This document shows positions 58,950 to 64,000 of a stretch of DNA of 64,000 bases, piece by piece (within the stretch, counting starts at the first letter, position 1; the number at the start of each line of letters is the position of its first letter). The position numbers were made by a program, and so were the translations under genes. Source of the stretch: Mobula hypostoma (lineage: Eukaryota); assembly GCF_963921235.1 (NCBI RefSeq), contig NC_086097.1, positions 122,824,001 through 122,888,000 on the forward strand, read 5' to 3'. The notes beneath the pieces were generated by a model that ran no database searches, was not told the origin of the DNA, and saw only the letters and a list, made by a program, of their open reading frames with translations.

Positions 58950-60049
58950 TGTGATTTTTCTGAGTTTAGCGTAATGAGAGATGACAAAAAGTTTGTGGAG
59001 GCCCCAGGGAGAAGGCAGGAGAGATTTAGTGGAATGTTCTGGCGATGAAAGACTTTAGGTCTGTGGCTGCACTTGAGATGCTGAAATTGATTTCCCCTGA
59101 TTAAGAGAAAATTTGACAAAGGCCAAAATCATAGAGGGTCAAATAGAATGAAAAAGGACAATTTGTTTCTATGACAGAAAGGTCAAAAGCCAGAGGAGAC
59201 AGACTTAAAGTAATTAGCTAAAGGGCAAGTGATGAAATAAGGGAAAAGCTTTTCAACACAGTGAGAGTGCCATAGTCTGAAAATCACTGCTTGCCAAAGT
59301 GGTTGAAGCAAATTCATTCATCCCTCTCACAAGGGAGATATACTCGGTTGCCACTTTACACCTGCTCTTTACTGCAATCAGCCAACCACGTAGCCTCAGT
59401 TCAATGCATAAAAACATGCAAACACGGTTCAGTTGTTGTTCAGACCAAACATCAGATTGGGGAAGAAATATCATCTAAGTGACTTTGACCATGGCATGAT
59501 TGTTGGTGCTAGATGAGGTGGTTTGAGCTGATCACCTTTTCATGCACAACCGTCTCTGGGGTTTACAGAAAATTGTGCAAAAAAACAAAAAAAAACTTCC
59601 AGTAGGCAGCAATCCTGTGGGCGAAAATGCCTTGTTAATGACAGAGTACTTTGTGTCAGTCTTCCCTGTGGAGGACACCAGCAATATGCCAGAGATTTGA
59701 GAGTGTTAGGGGGCAAAAGTGAGAGCAGAGAGTGCAGTTTTTATTACTAAGGAGAAGGTGCTAGAGAATCTGAAAGGTCTGAATGAGAGGTCAGAGGAGA
59801 ATGGCCAGTCTGGTACAAGCTGACAGGAAACCAACGGTAACTTAAATAATCACACATTACAACAGTATTGTTCAGAAGAGCATTTCTGAACGCGCAACAC
59901 GTCGAATCTTGAAGTGGATGGGCTACAGAGGCAGAAGACCACAAATATACAGGAGGTACCTATTAAAGTGTCTACTGAGTGTAGATAAATGCTTGAGGAA
60001 GATAATAGGACTACAGACAAATTGCAGACCGAAGACACTGACCAGATTG

Positions 60050-60720
60050 CTCTCAGAAAGAGCAAGTGGGCCTTCAGTGAGCTGAATAGACCACATCCAA
60101 TCTATTCATTTTGGAAAGTCAAACTTGATAGTAGACTATAGAGTTACTGGCAGGTTTTTTAACAGTCTGGAGGAACAGAAGAATCTTGGAGTTCACGTCC
60201 ATAGATCTCTGAAAGTTGCGGTGCAAGCTGATGGGGCAGTTTAGAAGGCGTGTGGTGTGTTGGCCTTCATTAGTTAAGTTCAAGAGCCGTGAGGTAATGC
60301 TGCCGCACTCTAAACCTCTGTTAAGACCACACTTGGAGTATTGTGTTCTGTTCTAGTCTCCTCATTATAGGAAGGATGTGGAAGCTTTAGCGAGGGTGCG
60401 GAAGAGATTTCCCAGCATTCCTTAATGAGAATAATTGTATCGGACAGATGCCGAAGGGCAGTTTTACTCTGTATAGAGACTTTAGAACCAGCATGAAGTC
60501 AGATTTTCGAAAGGGTAAAACAGAGGGCTCTGAATTCTTTACACTAGCAAATTGTGAGTGTTCCATCTTTAAGTATATTTAAGCCTGAGATAGATGGATT
60601 GTTGAACTCTGGGGGAATCAAGACATTTTGGGATAAGGGGGAGTATGACAAGAGATTGTTGAGGTAGATCTAGTTGAATGATGGACAGTGTCATTAGTGT
60701 ATGACCTACTCCTTTTCTTA
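60050..60720 (+). mobile_element. CR1 LINE fragments (degenerate)
   Basis: EEQKNLGV..LRPHLEYCV..YRKDVEAL motifs. Confidence 0.7.
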
Positions 60721-61109
60721 TTTTTCATATCCTTATGCTGAATGTGATTAAGTTCTGGCTTGGTTTTGTAGCACTCACTTTCAAGGACTCTATAAATCCT
60801 GTTCTCGGAGTTATTTAGTTACTATTTTAATAGTATTATTATTGCATCTTTTCGTATTTGCAAAGTTGGTCTTCTTTTGCACATTGGTTGTTTGTCAATC
60901 TTTGTGAGAGTTTTTTCACTGATTCTATAGTATTTCCTTGTACTACTGTGAGTGCAAGAAAATGAATCACAGGATAGTATATGGTGACATTTACTTATTT
61001 TGAGTTTAGATTATTTTGAATTTTGAGCTACACTAGATGTATCATTGAGTGGCCAGATATCTTGCTGTGTATTAGTGTTCACTTCTCCTTTCTGAGTTCC
61101 ATTTCACAG

Positions 61110-61164
61110 GACCAAAAAGGCTGGCAGCTATAAGAAAATGAGATACCTCAATTGTAATCCATTG
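61110..61164 (+). CDS. Candidate exon of host gene (phase 2-0 if internal)
   Basis: Acceptor ttccatttcacag, donor TTG|gtactt. Only through-frame TKKAGSYKKMRYLNCNPL. Confidence 0.3.
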
Positions 61165-61354
61165 GTACTTTGTGAATAATACCATGGGATGTCAAGCAGC
61201 AAATGTTTATTGAAGTCAGGCAGCAGTGATGGAGAACAAATTCTCTTTATCTGTAGTCATCAAGTGAGGGCAGTTTAACAGTATATCAGTCAAGTCTCTA
61301 CTGTTTTTTGGCTTTCAAGTGCCGAACTGCTTCAGTATGGCACCCATTGACAGA

Positions 61355-61370
61355 TGCGCGTGCGTGCACG

Positions 61371-61404
<34 letters not shown>

Positions 61405-61405
61405 A
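61355..61405. repeat. (GC)n(CA)n microsatellite
   Basis: TGCGCGTGCGTGCACGCGCGCGCG followed by (CA)n. Confidence 0.9.
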
Positions 61406-63859
61406 GTTCAAGAGGGACTTGAGAGATTTATTTCAAATGGGTTTGTGTCTGTGAAGGAGGAGTCAACCCCAGTTCCAGTGTGAATCTGGAGAGATACTGG
61501 GGCTTTTCAGTCACTAATATTAAAGAGTGTTTTGGAATTTGGTGCTGAGACGGAGACTGGGGAAGTAAATATTATCAAGGGCATTGGACGGGGAACTGAG
61601 GGCGTGCCTTTGCATAAGATAATTTGGGAATGCGACTTGGTATCCAGACCAGTCACAATAGGGGTACGATCTGAACTACTGATAGACAATGTTGATGTCT
61701 TACTAGGTAATGACCTTGCAGGTGGAGATATTTACCCAGCAGTTCAGCTCACAAGTAAGCCTGCTGCTGCTGGGACCTGCCCATTGATGCTGATATGTAT
61801 CCCGCATGCGCAGTGACCTGAAGCATGTCCAGAAAGGCTGCTGATGCCCATGTTGATTTATCCAAGACTTTCCTACCGTCCCTATACCAACAAGACTTGG
61901 AGGGTAGTAAGGCTGAGGAGAGTAAGGAGGAAGGGAAAGACTTGTCCTTATCGAGGAAGGAATTTATAGAGGAACAGAATAAAGATCCTGAAATTGTGGC
62001 TTTAAAAGAGACAGCTCTCTCTGAGGATGAAATTCAGAAAGAGACAGTGGGATATTACCTTAAAGATGGGACGTTGATGAGGAAGTGGAGACCAGTCACT
62101 GTGCCTGCAAGTGAGGTTTGGGCTATTGTGCATCAGGTGGTGATTCCAAATGTTTACAGGGCTGAAATTTTAAACCTGGCCCACAAGATGCCTTTAGGTG
62201 GACCTTTTGGAGTAAAGAAGACAGTGCACAGGATTATGAAGGAATTTTATTGGCCTAACATGAGGAAAGATATTGCCAATTACTGCAGAGGGTGCCATAT
62301 GTGCCAGGTGGTGGGAAAATCTAACCAGACCATCCCAAGTGCGCCACTTTGGGATTTGCTTTTGGTGAACCTTTTTCTAGGGTCATAGTGGATTGTGTAG
62401 GCCCATTGCCGAAGACTGCAGCTGGTCATCAGTACTGGTTAACAATTATGTGTGCCGCATCTGGGTTCCCTGAAGCCATGCCTCTCAGAAACATGCAGGT
62501 CAAGACTGTGATAAAGGCACTCAGCAAGTTTTTCATACTGGTAGGTTTGTCTAAAGAAATTCAATCTGATCAGGGTAGTAACTTTACTTCAAGAACATTC
62601 CAGCAGATAGTTTCTGAGCTGAGGGTTAAACAAATTCTGCCTACTACCTGGAGTCTCAAGGGGCTTTGGAGCGGTTTCATTCCACTTTAAAGACCATGAT
62701 TAAAACCTACTGTTATGAGAATGACAGGGACTGCGATGAAGGAATACACTTATTACTTCTTGCTGTGAGAGACACCATTCAAGAGACCCTGGGGTTCAGC
62801 CCGTTTGAGCTCATTTTCGGCCATAGGCCCAAAGGACCTCTGACCTTGCTCAGGAAGCAATGGTCTGACCCAAAAGTGTGTGTCAGCGTGTTAGATTATG
62901 TTTTAAAATTTTGTGAAAGACTTAACAAAGCTTGTGACTTTGCCAAGAAGAATCTGCAAAATGCCCAAATTAAAATGAAACATTGGTTTGATAAGAGAGC
63001 GAGGGAGCAGGTGTTTGAGTTTGGAAGTAAAGTGCTGATGCTGTTCCCTCTTGTGACCAACCCCCTCCAAGCACAATTCTATGGACCATACCACATAATT
63101 AAGAAAATTGATTCTTTGAATTATGTTATCGAAATTCCCGACCGAAGGAAGGTGACCCAATTAGTGCACGTAAATATGCTGAAGCCTTATCATGATTCTG
63201 AGGTGGTACCAGTAAGTACGGTTATGAAAACAAGTGGGGCTGAGGAATTTGATAATCAGGGACAAAATCATTTTACCAAACTGAGTATTGTATCAACAAG
63301 ACTTGAGAATTCCACTATTTTGAAAGACCTTACTGGTAAGGTTTGTCATCTAGAGCCTGCACAGAGAGAGAAATTGCAGGAACTAATTAAAAAAACATAA
63401 AGATTTATTTCCTGACATTCCAAGATGGTGCACAGGTGTAGTGCATGACGTCATTATAAATTCAACCCAGTCCATAAAACAACATCCTTACGGAATGAAC
63501 TTTGAGAAACGCAAAGGGGTTGAAAAAGAAATTAGCTACATGCTATCAACTGGTATTATTAGGCAATCTACCTCAGACTGGACATTGCCTTGCGTCCTTG
63601 TCCCAAAGCCGGACAGTAGCATGAGATTCTGTACTGACTACAGGAACCAAGACAGATGCTTATCCTATCCCAAGAGTGGATGACTGTATTGATAAAGTGG
63701 GAAAGGCTAAATACCTCACAAAAATTGATCTGTTAAAAGGATATTGGTGTGTTCCTTTGACCAACAGGGCAGAGAAATCTCAGCATTTGTCACATCTGTC
63801 GGGTTGTATGAATATAATGTTTTGCCCTTCGGGATGAAAAATGCTCCAGGGACATTTCA
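61404..63859 (+). mobile_element. Gmr1-like Gypsy internal fragment (PR-IN-RT), frameshifted
   Basis: WRDTGA protease, IN (LAHKMPLGG..CRGCHMC..VDCVGPLP..IQSDQGSNF..ERFHSTLK..FYGPY), then RT (IKQHPY..RFCTDYR..LPFGMKNAPGTFQ). Confidence 0.92.
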
Positions 63860-64000
63860 ACTAGAGGTGATGCAATATTGGATCTCCTGTTAGAAAACGA
63901 ATTAGGGCAAGTGACGGACGTCTGTGTAGGGGAGCACTTTGGTTCCAGTGATCATAACGCCATTAGTTTCAATTTGATCATGGACAAGGATAGATCTGGT
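63860..64000 (+). mobile_element. CR1 LINE endonuclease region (runs off window)
   Basis: TRGDAILDLLLENELGQVTDVCVGEHFGSSDHNAISF (APE domain, SDH motif). Confidence 0.85.

Overview
Eukaryotic (vertebrate) repeat-dense DNA, not a prokaryotic window. The mix of CR1 LINEs, V-SINE/HE1-like SINEs, Penelope-like elements and Rex1/Babar-like LINEs suggests a cartilaginous fish, probably a ray (inference). Most of the 64 kb is transposon-derived. It contains three Gmr1-like (SCAN-gag, PR-IN-RT-RH order) Gypsy elements, an older Gypsy relic, a non-autonomous chromovirus-derived LTR element with VNTR-bearing LTRs, and three solo LTRs. It also has an ORF1-only 'half-L1' with a 15-bp TSD, a Hero-like RLE LINE, hAT, Tigger and Tc1-type DNA elements, and many CR1 fragments. 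Most LTR, hAT and L1 boundaries were fixed from target-site duplications read in the sequence. Less obvious signals are dispersed minimal hammerhead-ribozyme cores in the Penelope-like repeats, a degenerate HDV-like ribozyme fold at an RTE 5' end, a Gmr1 derivative whose three large deletions all keep the frame, and a chain of small phase-compatible + strand exon candidates of an unidentified host gene. I see no clearly new biological system; the best leads are ranked in findings.
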